From Kofleriaceae bacterium (GTDB lineage: Bacteria; Myxococcota_A; Polyangia; Haliangiales; Haliangiaceae), in assembly GCA_044230415.1 (NCBI GenBank), contig JBGARE010000001.1, positions 497,195 through 561,194 on the forward strand: a DNA stretch of 64,000 nt. Reading direction: 5' to 3'. A program made the position numbers and the translations under genes. Shown in pieces: positions 39,066 through 48,450 of the stretch (positions within the stretch are counted from its first letter, which is position 1; every line of letters starts with the position of its first letter). The notes under the pieces were generated by a model. The model saw only the letters and a program-made list of their open reading frames with translations, made no database searches and was not told the DNA's origin.

Positions 39066-39502
39066 GCGGTCTCCTTGTCTTCCTCGTCATTGACCTGCGC
39101 ACTCCCAACGGGAGCGCTACGCGCCCGACGTTCGTCGGGCTTGTCGACCACGGCGCGCTGGATGGCAGCTTCCTTCGCGCGGTCGCGTTTCGTGCGGTGG
39201 ACTTCCGTCTCGAGCGCCATGAAGCGGCGCTCCCAGGTGGCGGCGTGATCCTCGCGAAGCTCCGCGAAGAACGCTTCGAGCTCGGCGAGCGCTCCGAGCT
39301 GCAAGCGATACACGCGCTCGCGTCCCTGTGCCTCGTCGACCACGAGACCCGCCTCGCGCAGCACCCGTAGATGACGGCTGATCGCGGGCCGGGTCACATC
39401 GAACGCTCCCGCGATCGCTCCCGCGGATAGCTGCGCGTCGCGCAACATTCGCAGGATTTGACGCCGGGTGGCGTCTGCGAGGGCCTGAGCTACCAAATCC
39501 AC
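39062..39502 (-). CDS. ArsR/SmtB-family transcriptional regulator
   Basis: ALADATRRQILRMLRDAQLSAGAIAGAFDVTRPAISRHLRVLREAGLV is an ArsR-type winged HTH. Confidence 0.85.
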   Translation of the reverse strand: MDLVAQALADATRRQILRMLRDAQLSAGAIAGAFDVTRPAISRHLRVLREAGLVVDEAQGRERVYRLQLGALAELEAFFAELREDHAATWERRFMALETEVHRTKRDRAKEAAIQRAVVDKPDERRARSAPVGSAQVNDEEDKETA

Positions 39503-39628
39503 GAACGAACCGTAACGATGTCGTTACGCGTCGTCAAGCACGATGTCGGTTTTTTGCGACTTTCGCCGCGACCGATCCTCTTTGCAGGGTTTCGGCGCGG
39601 ACTGCGTGGGTAGGGCAGAGGTCGAAAC

Positions 39629-40678
39629 ATGGCGGAGTTCCAGAACGAGACAGCCCCCGAGATGCCGCTCCCCGCACGGGCGCCTACGAGTGCCGCCACC
39701 GCGAGCACGCCCGCGCCCACGGCGGGACTCACGACGGGTGCTCGATCGGGCGCGCCGTTCGCGGGCATGTACGACGCCGCCGAAGCGCCGGCGTTCAAGA
39801 CGAAGGCGATGCACGAAAACTATCGCGGCGAAGAGATGTTCGGGTTTCGGACCAACACAGACGACATCGAGGCGGGGATCCTGAAGGAGCGGCCGGACCT
39901 CAAGTCCATCGGGGGCGTCACCACGCACTACATGTCCGAGGCCGAGCGCGAGCAGACGGAGATCGGTGTGAACAAGGACGGCAAGATCCTCGACGCGCAG
40001 GGAGCGCTCCTCGACACCACGAAGGCGTCGGGCATCGGCACGCTCGACGGAGAGGCGGCGGGCAAGCACATCTACGTGATGAACCAGGGCGGCGAGTTTC
40101 GTCAGGCCGATCCGTGGGCGAACAAGAAGGTCGTACCAACCTCGTCCGTCAAGGCGAACGCCGCGACGATCCAGCACACGTCGTTCGAAGCCGGCGCGGA
40201 CGTCGCGGGCGCCGGCGAGATGCGTGTCGAGAACGGGGAGCTCCAGCAGCTCTCCGATGCGAGCGGTCACTATCGCCCCGACGGCACGATGTTCCGGCAG
40301 TCGCTCGACCAGCTCGAGGGAAAAGGAGTGAACATGGACAAGACGGCCGTGAAGTTCGCGGGGAAGACGGACGGACAGAAGCCCGTGTACTGCTCGCCGA
40401 CGCAGTTCCGGCAGCACGACGCCGAAACCGCCGAGAAGGAGATCCGCTCGGAGAAGGAGCTCTTGAAGAGCGAGCTCGAGAAGTCGGTCGCGGCGCGTCG
40501 CGCGAAACGCTCCGCCAACGGCGGCGATGGGCGCGACTCCGAGGACGTGCGCGAGTTCGTGAAGGTGGACACGTCGGTGAAGACGGCCGAGGAGGCAAAC
40601 GAGGACTGCTACAAGAAGCCTGCCGCGGCGGACCCCAACAACTCGTACAAGACGAACCCCGACGCCGAAGCGAACTAG
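39629..40678 (+). CDS. Hypothetical protein (349 aa), K/E-rich, lower-GC codon usage, no signal peptide
   Basis: Continuous ORF with an Ala/Thr/Pro-rich N-terminal tract, then a globular region (…HIYVMNQGGEFRQADPW… HTSFEAGADVAGAGEMRVENGELQQLSDASGHYRPDG…), then a charged tail. No known family recognised. Confidence 0.5.
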   Translation: MAEFQNETAPEMPLPARAPTSAATASTPAPTAGLTTGARSGAPFAGMYDAAEAPAFKTKAMHENYRGEEMFGFRTNTDDIEAGILKERPDLKSIGGVTTHYMSEAEREQTEIGVNKDGKILDAQGALLDTTKASGIGTLDGEAAGKHIYVMNQGGEFRQADPWANKKVVPTSSVKANAATIQHTSFEAGADVAGAGEMRVENGELQQLSDASGHYRPDGTMFRQSLDQLEGKGVNMDKTAVKFAGKTDGQKPVYCSPTQFRQHDAETAEKEIRSEKELLKSELEKSVAARRAKRSANGGDGRDSEDVREFVKVDTSVKTAEEANEDCYKKPAAADPNNSYKTNPDAEAN

Positions 40679-40716
40679 GAGCGAGCCACGAACCCCGACG
40701 CGAGCGCGGGGACGCG

Positions 40717-41355
40717 CTACGGAGCGTCGCCGAAATCGCAGGCCGACAGGCCGGGGCACACGAGATCGAACGAGCCCTTCACCTTGACCGTTTTGTTGCC
40801 GGGAACGACCTTGCCCGAGAGATCGATCGTGCCCGCGATGTGGCGCAGATCGATCGCGGTGATCTCCACCGTGCCGGCGGCGTCGGAGAGCGACGGCGAT
40901 GCAGCGGTGACAGCAGGACCGAACGTCATCATCACGTTCGCACCGTCCGACTTGCCCTTCGCGAACGTGAACTTCTTCGCCGAGAACGGCATGCCGTCGA
41001 GCTTTCCGCCGCCCGGGAGGAGCTTGAAGTTGAACTTCTCGCCCTTGCAGGTGACGACGTAGCCGTCGACGCCCATCATGTTCTTGCGCTCGTCGGCGTT
41101 GTACCAGTAGGCGACGTTGGTCGCGTCCTTGCCGCCGGGCGACGACTGCGATGCCGTGATCTGACCGGTCACCTCGATATCGCACTTGCCCAGATCGGCG
41201 GGCGGCGGGTTCTTCTTCTTCTTGGGCGGCGGAGGCGGCGTGTCACTCGCCGGGCGGGTGGCCTCCGTCTCCGGCTTCTGCTTCGTGTAGTCCTCTTTCT
41301 CGGGACCACATGCGACGAAGAACACCAATGCCGAAACGGTCGTGAGGGTGCGCAT
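40717..41355 (-). CDS. Hypothetical lipoprotein (212 aa)
   Basis: Lipobox ALVFFVACG. PPPPPKKKKNPPP linker, then a small beta-rich domain with 4 Cys. The longer raw ORF upstream is Arg-rich junk. Confidence 0.6.
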   Translation of the reverse strand: MRTLTTVSALVFFVACGPEKEDYTKQKPETEATRPASDTPPPPPKKKKNPPPADLGKCDIEVTGQITASQSSPGGKDATNVAYWYNADERKNMMGVDGYVVTCKGEKFNFKLLPGGGKLDGMPFSAKKFTFAKGKSDGANVMMTFGPAVTAASPSLSDAAGTVEITAIDLRHIAGTIDLSGKVVPGNKTVKVKGSFDLVCPGLSACDFGDAP

Positions 41356-41385
41356 GTGCGGACAGTAGCCGTATAGTCGGGTGCC

Positions 41386-42591
41386 TTGCACGTCACGGAG
41401 CTGCTCGACGTCATCTTCCGATGGGCGCACTTGATCGCCGGGATCATGTGGGTGGGCAACTCGATGTTGTTCAACTGGCTCGACCGCAACCTCGAGAAGA
41501 GTGCGGAGCTCGGCCGGCTGTCCCAGGGCAAGATCTGGATGCTGCACTCGGGCGCGTTCTACGAGGCCGAGAAGAAGCTGCTCGCCCCCGGCGAGATGCC
41601 GAGCACGCTGCACTGGTTCAAGTGGCAGAACTTCACGACGTGGGCGACCGGCATCTCGCTGTTCATCATCGTCTACTACCTGAACAACACGGCCTACCTG
41701 GTCGATCCGACGCTGCACGATATCTCGCGCGGCGTGGCGCTCACGCTGTCGATCAGCGCGGTGTTCGTCGCCTGGCTGCTCTACGACATGCTGTGGCGCT
41801 ACCTCGGGACCAGGGCGCCGGGTGTCGCCACCGTGCTGACCGTGCTGATGCTGTTCGGCGCGATCTTCGCGTTCGGCCAGCTGTTCAGCGGGCGCGGCGC
41901 GTACATGCAGGTCGGCGTGATGATCGGAACGATCATGACGGGCAACGTGTGGATGGTGATCGTGCCGTCGCAGCGCGAGCTCGTGAACGCGACGAACGAA
42001 GGCCGCGAGCAGGACGCGACGCTGTCGATCCGCGCGAAGCAGCGCAGCATCCACAACAACTACCTGACGTTCCCGCTGCTGTTCATCATGGTCTCGAACC
42101 ACGTGCCGGCGGCGACGGCGCATCCGCTGAACTGGCTGATCCTGATCCTCGTGATGATCGGCGGCGCGGGCGTTCGTCACTTCATGAACGTGCGCTACCT
42201 CGGTGCGGGCAAGCAGCTCGCGAAGTCTCTGTGGCTCGGTCCGGCGGTCGGCGCGGGCGCGTTCACGATCGCGGCGTTCATGGTGGTCACGCGCATCCAT
42301 CCGCCGGGCGTCGCGGATGCGGCGATGCCGGTCTCGTTCAAGCGCGCACACGAGATCATCGCCGTGCGCTGTGCGCCGTGCCATTCCGCGAAGCCGATGG
42401 ACGACATGTTCCAGACCGCACCCGCCGGTGTCGTGCTCGACACGCCGCCGCAGATCAAGATGATGGCAGAGCGGATCCGCGTTCGCGCCGTCGAACAACA
42501 GAGCATGCCGTTCAACAACAAGACCGGCATGACCGCGCAAGAAAGAGGTGAGCTAGGTCGCTGGATTCGCGACGGAGCTCTCCTCGAATGA
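41386..42591 (+). CDS. puuD: Urate hydroxylase PuuD (membrane DUF989 domain fused to a C-terminal cytochrome c)
   Basis: Multi-TM N-terminal domain (HLIAGIMWVGNSMLFNWL…) and a C-terminal CAPCH haem-binding motif. Located with the other purine-catabolism genes. Confidence 0.8.
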   Translation: MHVTELLDVIFRWAHLIAGIMWVGNSMLFNWLDRNLEKSAELGRLSQGKIWMLHSGAFYEAEKKLLAPGEMPSTLHWFKWQNFTTWATGISLFIIVYYLNNTAYLVDPTLHDISRGVALTLSISAVFVAWLLYDMLWRYLGTRAPGVATVLTVLMLFGAIFAFGQLFSGRGAYMQVGVMIGTIMTGNVWMVIVPSQRELVNATNEGREQDATLSIRAKQRSIHNNYLTFPLLFIMVSNHVPAATAHPLNWLILILVMIGGAGVRHFMNVRYLGAGKQLAKSLWLGPAVGAGAFTIAAFMVVTRIHPPGVADAAMPVSFKRAHEIIAVRCAPCHSAKPMDDMFQTAPAGVVLDTPPQIKMMAERIRVRAVEQQSMPFNNKTGMTAQERGELGRWIRDGALLE

Positions 42592-42677
42592 GCCTCGCGG
42601 CCTGTTCGGGTTCCGCACACGGCGATTGTTAGAATCGTCGAGGATCGAGTCAGCGGCCGCTGTGGGACCGTAGCGGC

Positions 42678-44258
42678 ATGCCCGCGATTGCCCGCTTGCG
42701 AGCCAACCGGATCGATCCGAATGATCGATCGGTGCCCGCTCCCGCGCCGTTCGTACCGCCGGCGCGCATCGCGAATGGCAGCTCGACGCTGCAGGCGATC
42801 CTCGAAGAAGACGAGCGCTTCGGTCCGTACACGGTGCACGAGTCGCTCGGCGAGGGCGGCATGGCGAGCGTGCATCGCGCCGAACGCGACGGATGGGAGC
42901 GCAACGGGCAACGCGCGCCGATCGCGCTCAAGCGATTGTTTACGGAGCTCTCGGAGGACTCGCAGTTCGTCGAGGGCTTCTTGCAGGAAGCGCGGCTCGC
43001 GAAGCTGCTCGATCACCCGAACATCGCGCGCAGCTACGAGCACGGAAAGATCGACGGCCAGTACTTCATCGCGATGGAGTACGTGCCCGGCCCGACGCTA
43101 CGCGCGGTGATGATCCAGTCGCGCACGGCCGCGGGTGCGATGCCGATCCGGATCGTCGTCGAGATCCTCACGCAGCTCTGCGATGCACTCGCGCACGCGC
43201 ACGAGCTGCGCGACGAGAAGGGCCGCCCGCTCGGGCTCGTCCATCGCGATGTCACGCCCGCGAACGTGATCCTGTCGACGAACGGCGTGGTCAAGCTGAT
43301 CGATTTCGGCATCGCGAAGGCGAAGCACTCGCGCGTGCAGACGCAGGCCGGCTACATCAAGGGCAAGGTCAGCTACGTCGCGCCGGAGTACACGCACGGC
43401 CGGCTCGATCACCGCGCGGACCTGTTCGCGGTCGGCGTGATCGCGCACGAGATGCTCACGGGGCGGCGGCTGTTCGATGGAGAGACGCAGGGCAGCGTGG
43501 TCGTGAAGGTGCGCGACCTCGCGATCCATCCGCCATCTCATCACGACCCGAAGATCCCGCACGAGCTCGACGACATCGTCATGCTCGCGCTGCAACGCGA
43601 TCCCGCGAAGCGCTGGCAGAACGCGTCCGCGATGCGCACCGCGCTGTCGAACGTCGCGCGTCAGCTCGGCAACCCGGTGACCGGCAAAGAGCTGCGCACG
43701 TGGATCGAGTGGGCGTTCACGCGCGAGCCGTGGCGCGATTCGTTCGTCGGCAAGATCGTCGATCGGCTCGACACGTCGGGCTCGTTCTCGGGGATGCAGA
43801 ACACGATGTCGATCTCCGCCGACGATCTCGAGGTACTCGAAGAGGCTCCCGAGACCCTGCCGATGCGCCGCGTCGCGCAAGCCGCGCTGCTCGCCGACTC
43901 CGAAGCGTCGTATCCCGGATCGAAGGGCGTCACGTTCACGCGCGCGAACGCCAACGTCGTGGTCCGCGCCGCGGCTCCGCGCGCGGCCGATCCGACGAGC
44001 GCGGAGTCGCCCGGCGGCAAGCAGAAGAAGACGCCCGCGACGTCCGATTCGAGCAGCCGCAACGGCCGCTCGCGGTCGCTGCTCGAGCGGCTCGACACCG
44101 CGCGCGACAACGTCCTCGACGGATGGGCACCGCCGACCGGGACCGCGCTCGTGCGTCCGAACGCCCCCACGAAGTCGGCACTCCCGTTCCTGCTATTGAT
44201 GTTGATGCTGGCGATCACCTTCGCCGCGGCGGCGCTGACGGGTTACATGCCGTTGTGA
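42678..44258 (+). CDS. Hanks-type Ser/Thr protein kinase with a C-terminal TM anchor
   Basis: LGEGGMASVHRA, ALKRL, HRDVTPANVILS, DFGIAKA, APEY, and a C-terminal hydrophobic segment (LPFLLLMLMLAITFAAAALTGY). Confidence 0.85.
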   Translation: MPAIARLRANRIDPNDRSVPAPAPFVPPARIANGSSTLQAILEEDERFGPYTVHESLGEGGMASVHRAERDGWERNGQRAPIALKRLFTELSEDSQFVEGFLQEARLAKLLDHPNIARSYEHGKIDGQYFIAMEYVPGPTLRAVMIQSRTAAGAMPIRIVVEILTQLCDALAHAHELRDEKGRPLGLVHRDVTPANVILSTNGVVKLIDFGIAKAKHSRVQTQAGYIKGKVSYVAPEYTHGRLDHRADLFAVGVIAHEMLTGRRLFDGETQGSVVVKVRDLAIHPPSHHDPKIPHELDDIVMLALQRDPAKRWQNASAMRTALSNVARQLGNPVTGKELRTWIEWAFTREPWRDSFVGKIVDRLDTSGSFSGMQNTMSISADDLEVLEEAPETLPMRRVAQAALLADSEASYPGSKGVTFTRANANVVVRAAAPRAADPTSAESPGGKQKKTPATSDSSSRNGRSRSLLERLDTARDNVLDGWAPPTGTALVRPNAPTKSALPFLLLMLMLAITFAAAALTGYMPL

Positions 44259-44373
44259 GGTTGCAAACGTAGGGGAGACCCCACCAATTGCAGCCTCCTG
44301 ACCCCGGAGCATGCTCGTGTAACCGCTCGTGATCATACAAACGGGCCGAGGTATGCTGCCTGCATCAACCTCC

Positions 44374-45042
44374 ATGTCGATGCAGGTCGAGACGCGTTTG
44401 CTCGGGCTCGTGGCGGCACTCGCCGCGCTCGGCCCGCTCGCGGCCTGTGAGTTTCCGACCCCTTCGAAGCACTATGCCTGCGAAGAGGACACGGACTGCG
44501 ATCCCGAGCGTGTCTGCTCGCCCGCGAAGTATTGTGTCCTGCCCTCCACGGCAGGTCCGGACGGTGGCATGGACACCGACGCGGCTCCGATCGATGGCAT
44601 GACGATCGATGCGGATCCGTTCGCTGCCACGCGCGCCGCGTGTTTGGCCGCCGGCTACACGAAGGAAGCTACGACGGGCGGCCTGTATCGCTTCGTCACG
44701 ACGACCGCGACGTGGACGAACGCGCGCACGGATTGCGAGAACGATGTCGCCGGCGCGACGCACGTGATCACGCTGTCGAACGACACCGAGGTTGCCTACC
44801 AGCGTGCAACGCAGCTCGACGCATGGATCGGGTGGGTCGATCGCCCGACGGAAGGCACGTGGCACGTGCTCACGGCCGAGGTCCCGGTCCTCAACTATCA
44901 GAACGCGTGGGCGTCCAATCGACCCGACGGTGGCAACAGCGAGAACTGCGCGCTGATGCGCTCGGGCGGCATCGACGACGTGGACTGCCCGCAGGCGCAT
45001 CGCTACATCTGCGAGTGCGACGGCCAAGCCGTGCTCCCCTAG
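44374..45042 (+). CDS. C-type lectin-domain lipoprotein
   Basis: Lipobox LAALGPLAAC. C-type-lectin fold landmarks in the C-terminal part (WIGWVDRPTEGTWHVLTAE…WASNRPDGGNSENCALM…DDVDCPQAHRYICE). Confidence 0.7.
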   Translation: MSMQVETRLLGLVAALAALGPLAACEFPTPSKHYACEEDTDCDPERVCSPAKYCVLPSTAGPDGGMDTDAAPIDGMTIDADPFAATRAACLAAGYTKEATTGGLYRFVTTTATWTNARTDCENDVAGATHVITLSNDTEVAYQRATQLDAWIGWVDRPTEGTWHVLTAEVPVLNYQNAWASNRPDGGNSENCALMRSGGIDDVDCPQAHRYICECDGQAVLP

Positions 45043-45079
45043 TTGAACGCCGACGCATGAAGCGCTGATACTGCGCGCG

Positions 45080-46426
45080 ATGTCCACTCGCATCGTTCGC
45101 TCCACGCGCGTCGTCACCGGAGGCGCGATCACGCCCGCGACGATCCACATTCGCGATGGCGTGATCGATCGGATCGGCGGGCACGACGACGTCGCGGGCG
45201 GGCAGGTCGACGACGTCGGCGACCTCGCGGTGATGCCGGGCATCGTCGACACGCACGTGCACCTGAACGAACCGGGCCGCACCGAGTGGGAAGGCTTCGC
45301 GACGGCGACGCGCGCGGCCGCGATCGGCGGCATCACCACGCTCGTCGACATGCCGCTCAACTCGATCCCCCCGACGACGACGCGCGAAGCGTTCGCCGCG
45401 AAGCGCGCGGCGGCGAAGGGCCAATGCAACGTCGACGTCGGGTTCTGGGGCGGCGTCGTGCCGGGAAACGCGGGCGAGCTCGCGGGCCTCGTCGCCGACG
45501 GCGTGCGCGGCTTCAAGTGCTTCTTGGTCGACTCCGGCGTCGAAGAGTTCGGCTGGGTCGACGAGCGTCACCTCCGTCCGGCGATGCAGATCCTCGCGGG
45601 GCTCGGTGCACCACTGCTCGTCCACGCGGAGGTCGCGGGACCGATCGATGCAGCGACCGCAGCGCTCGTCGCCGCGCACGCGGATCCGACGAAGTACGCC
45701 ACGTATCTCGCCTCGCGACCGGGCGCCGCCGAGGAGCAGGCGATCGCGCTCGTGACCGGGTTGTGCCGCGAGACGCACGCGCGCACGCACATCGTGCATC
45801 ACTCCGCGGCGAGTGCGATCGGTCAGCTGCGCTCGGCGCGCGCCGAGGGACTGCCGCTCACCGCGGAGACGTGCCCGCACTACCTGCACTTCACCGCGGA
45901 GACGATTCCCGACGGTGCCACGCCGTTCAAGTGCGCGCCGCCGATCCGCGACGAAGACAATCGCGAAGCGCTGTGGGGCGCGCTCGCCGAGGGCGTGCTG
46001 GACTTGGTCGCGAGCGATCACTCGCCGTGCTCGCCGAACCTGAAGGCGATGGAGCAGGGCGACTACATGGCGGCGTGGGGCGGCGTGTCGGGACTGCAGC
46101 TCGCGCTGTCGGTGGTGTGGATGGAGGCCGCGCGGCGCGGGCACACGCTGGTGGATGTGGTCCGCTGGATGTGCGAAGGGCCGGCGCGACTCGCGGGCCT
46201 CGCCGGCAAGAAGGGCGCGATCGTTCCCGGCGCGCACGCCGATCTCGTGATCTTCGACGACGCGGGCATCACGACGGTGACGCCCGAGCGCGTCGAGCAT
46301 CGCCACAAGGTGACGCCGTATGCGGGCGAGCATCTGCGCGGTGCCGTGCGCGCGACGTATCTGCGCGGAGAGAAGATTGCCGAGGACGGTCGTGTCCTCG
46401 TGCCGGAGCACGGAGCATTGCTATGA
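45080..46426 (+). CDS. allB: Allantoinase (cyclic amidohydrolase superfamily)
   Basis: PGIVDTHVHLNEPGRTEWEGFATATRAAAIGGITTLVDMPLNS is the allantoinase/dihydropyrimidinase metal-binding N-terminus. Found among the other urate-catabolism genes. Confidence 0.8.
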   Translation: MSTRIVRSTRVVTGGAITPATIHIRDGVIDRIGGHDDVAGGQVDDVGDLAVMPGIVDTHVHLNEPGRTEWEGFATATRAAAIGGITTLVDMPLNSIPPTTTREAFAAKRAAAKGQCNVDVGFWGGVVPGNAGELAGLVADGVRGFKCFLVDSGVEEFGWVDERHLRPAMQILAGLGAPLLVHAEVAGPIDAATAALVAAHADPTKYATYLASRPGAAEEQAIALVTGLCRETHARTHIVHHSAASAIGQLRSARAEGLPLTAETCPHYLHFTAETIPDGATPFKCAPPIRDEDNREALWGALAEGVLDLVASDHSPCSPNLKAMEQGDYMAAWGGVSGLQLALSVVWMEAARRGHTLVDVVRWMCEGPARLAGLAGKKGAIVPGAHADLVIFDDAGITTVTPERVEHRHKVTPYAGEHLRGAVRATYLRGEKIAEDGRVLVPEHGALL

Positions 46427-47958
46427 CCACGCCTGACGCCCCCGCGTTCACCGATCTGCCCGACCTCGCGAGTGCGACCGTCGGCGGTGCCGCGCTCGCC
46501 TGCAACGACGAGTTCTTCGCCGAGAAAGAGAACCTCCTCAAGCCCGACGAGGCCGTGTGGAAGGATCACCTCTACACGGATCGCGGCAAGTGGATGGACG
46601 GCTGGGAGACGCGGCGGTTTCGCCCCGCCGACGGTGTCGCGCCCGGACCCGAGAGTGACATCCACGACTGGTGCGTGATCCGCCTCGGACTGCCCGGCGT
46701 GATCCGAGGACTCGTCGTCGACACCGCGTGGTTTCGCGGGAACTACCCGGCGTCTGCGGCGGTCTTCGCGACGTCGGTCGATGACGCGCTCGATCAGCGC
46801 GCGCTCGACACGGCGACGTGGACCGAGATCCTTCCGCGCTCGAACCTCGCGGGGAACACGAAGAACTACTTCGCGATCGCGGATGCGTCGCGGTTCACGC
46901 ACCTGCGCTTGCAGATCTATCCCGATGGCGGCGTCGCGCGCCTGCGCGTGCACGGCGAAGCCGTCCCGGTGTGGAGCAAGCTGCGCGCGCTCGGCGGTCC
47001 GGTGGATCTCGCAGCGCTCGAGAACGGCGCCGTCGTCGAGACGTGCAGCGACATGTTCTTCGGCTCGCGCAATAACCTCATCAAGCCCGGCGAGTCGCTG
47101 TCGATGGCCGATGGCTGGGAGACACGCCGCCGCCGTGGCCCGGGCAACGACTGGGCGATCATTCGCCTCGCCGCGGCGGGCACGATCGAGCGGCTGTTGA
47201 TCGACACCTCGCACTTCAAGGGCAACGCACCGGCGCTGTGCACCGTCGAGGGCGTGCACGCACCGGGCGCCGCGGCCGATGCGCTGACCGGATGGCGACA
47301 GCTGCTCGCGTCGCCGCTGCAGGCACACACGCGCCACTTCTTCGACGAGGATCTGCGCCGCATCGGTCCGATCACGCACCTGCGCCTCTCGGTGTATCCG
47401 TGCGGCGGCGTCGCGCGACTGCGCGCGTGGGGCAACCTCGTGCCGCACGAGCCCGCATCGCTCGCCGTGTTGAACACGCTCGCGGCCTCCGACGCGCACG
47501 CGGCGTTCCAGCGCTGCTGCGGATCGTCCGCGTTCGCCGACGCGATGACCGCGCTGCGTCCATTCGAGGGTGTCGCCGCGATGCTGCGCGCGGCGGAGCG
47601 CGTGTGGTGGTCGCTCGACGACGCCGCGCATCGCGAGGCGTTCAGCGCGCATCCGCGCATCGGCGAGAAGAAGGCACCTGCGAGCGGCGACACCGCGTGG
47701 TCCGCGGGCGAGCAGGGCGGCACCGCGGCCGCGACCGCGCGCACGATGACGGAGCTCGCCGACGCACAGCGCGCGTACGATCAGAAGCACGGCTTCCTCT
47801 ACATCGTGTGCGCGACGGGCAAGTCGGCCGACGCGATGCTCGCCGATTGCCGCGCACGACTCGCGAACGATGCGGCCAGCGAGCTGCGCTGCGCCGCCGA
47901 GGAGCAGATGAAGATCACCCGCCTTCGCCTCGCGAAGCTACTGACGGAGCTCGCATGA
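46423..47958 (+). CDS. Allantoicase (two tandem allantoicase repeats) fused to OHCU decarboxylase
   Basis: Two allantoicase repeats (DGWETRRFRPADG…; DGWETRRRRGPGNDW…) followed by a C-terminal UraD-like domain (…FSAHPRIGEKKAP… HGFLYIVCATGKSADAMLADCRARL). ATGA overlap with allB. Confidence 0.8.
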   Translation: MTTPDAPAFTDLPDLASATVGGAALACNDEFFAEKENLLKPDEAVWKDHLYTDRGKWMDGWETRRFRPADGVAPGPESDIHDWCVIRLGLPGVIRGLVVDTAWFRGNYPASAAVFATSVDDALDQRALDTATWTEILPRSNLAGNTKNYFAIADASRFTHLRLQIYPDGGVARLRVHGEAVPVWSKLRALGGPVDLAALENGAVVETCSDMFFGSRNNLIKPGESLSMADGWETRRRRGPGNDWAIIRLAAAGTIERLLIDTSHFKGNAPALCTVEGVHAPGAAADALTGWRQLLASPLQAHTRHFFDEDLRRIGPITHLRLSVYPCGGVARLRAWGNLVPHEPASLAVLNTLAASDAHAAFQRCCGSSAFADAMTALRPFEGVAAMLRAAERVWWSLDDAAHREAFSAHPRIGEKKAPASGDTAWSAGEQGGTAAATARTMTELADAQRAYDQKHGFLYIVCATGKSADAMLADCRARLANDAASELRCAAEEQMKITRLRLAKLLTELA

Positions 47959-48287
47959 TCACCACGCATGTCCTCGACACCGCTCTCGGCATCCCCGGCA
48001 AGAACATCGCGATCGAGCTCGAGCGCCAGGACGGCGCAGCGTGGCACCTCGTCGGTGCGGGCATCACCGACAGCGATGGACGACTTCGCACGCTGACGCC
48101 GCAAGGACCAGTACAGCCCGCGACGTATCGCATCCGATTCGTGATCGCGCCGTACTTCGAGTCGCACGGGACGAAGGGTTTCTTCCCGCTCGTCGAGATC
48201 CAGTTCGTCGTCGACGACGGCAATGCGCACTACCACGTGCCGCTCTTGCTCTCGCCGTTCGGCTACTCCACGTATCGCGGCAGCTGA
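47955..48287 (+). CDS. uraH: 5-hydroxyisourate hydrolase (transthyretin-like)
   Basis: MITTHVLDTALGIPG… ends in the diagnostic YRGS tetrapeptide. 110 aa. ATGA overlap with the upstream gene. Confidence 0.9.
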   Translation: MITTHVLDTALGIPGKNIAIELERQDGAAWHLVGAGITDSDGRLRTLTPQGPVQPATYRIRFVIAPYFESHGTKGFFPLVEIQFVVDDGNAHYHVPLLLSPFGYSTYRGS

Positions 48288-48450
48288 TCACGAGTGATCA
48301 CGCGGTGGCCGGCAGAGTCTAGCGATCGGCTACCCGAACCGTCGCTCGCATCCACCGCGAGTGGCCACTGCACTGGCCACTTGTCCGAGCAAGTCCTCGA
48401 ACCTGCGCGCGGATCGTGCGGGCAAGGGCTTTGCACCGGGCGGCGCGCAT

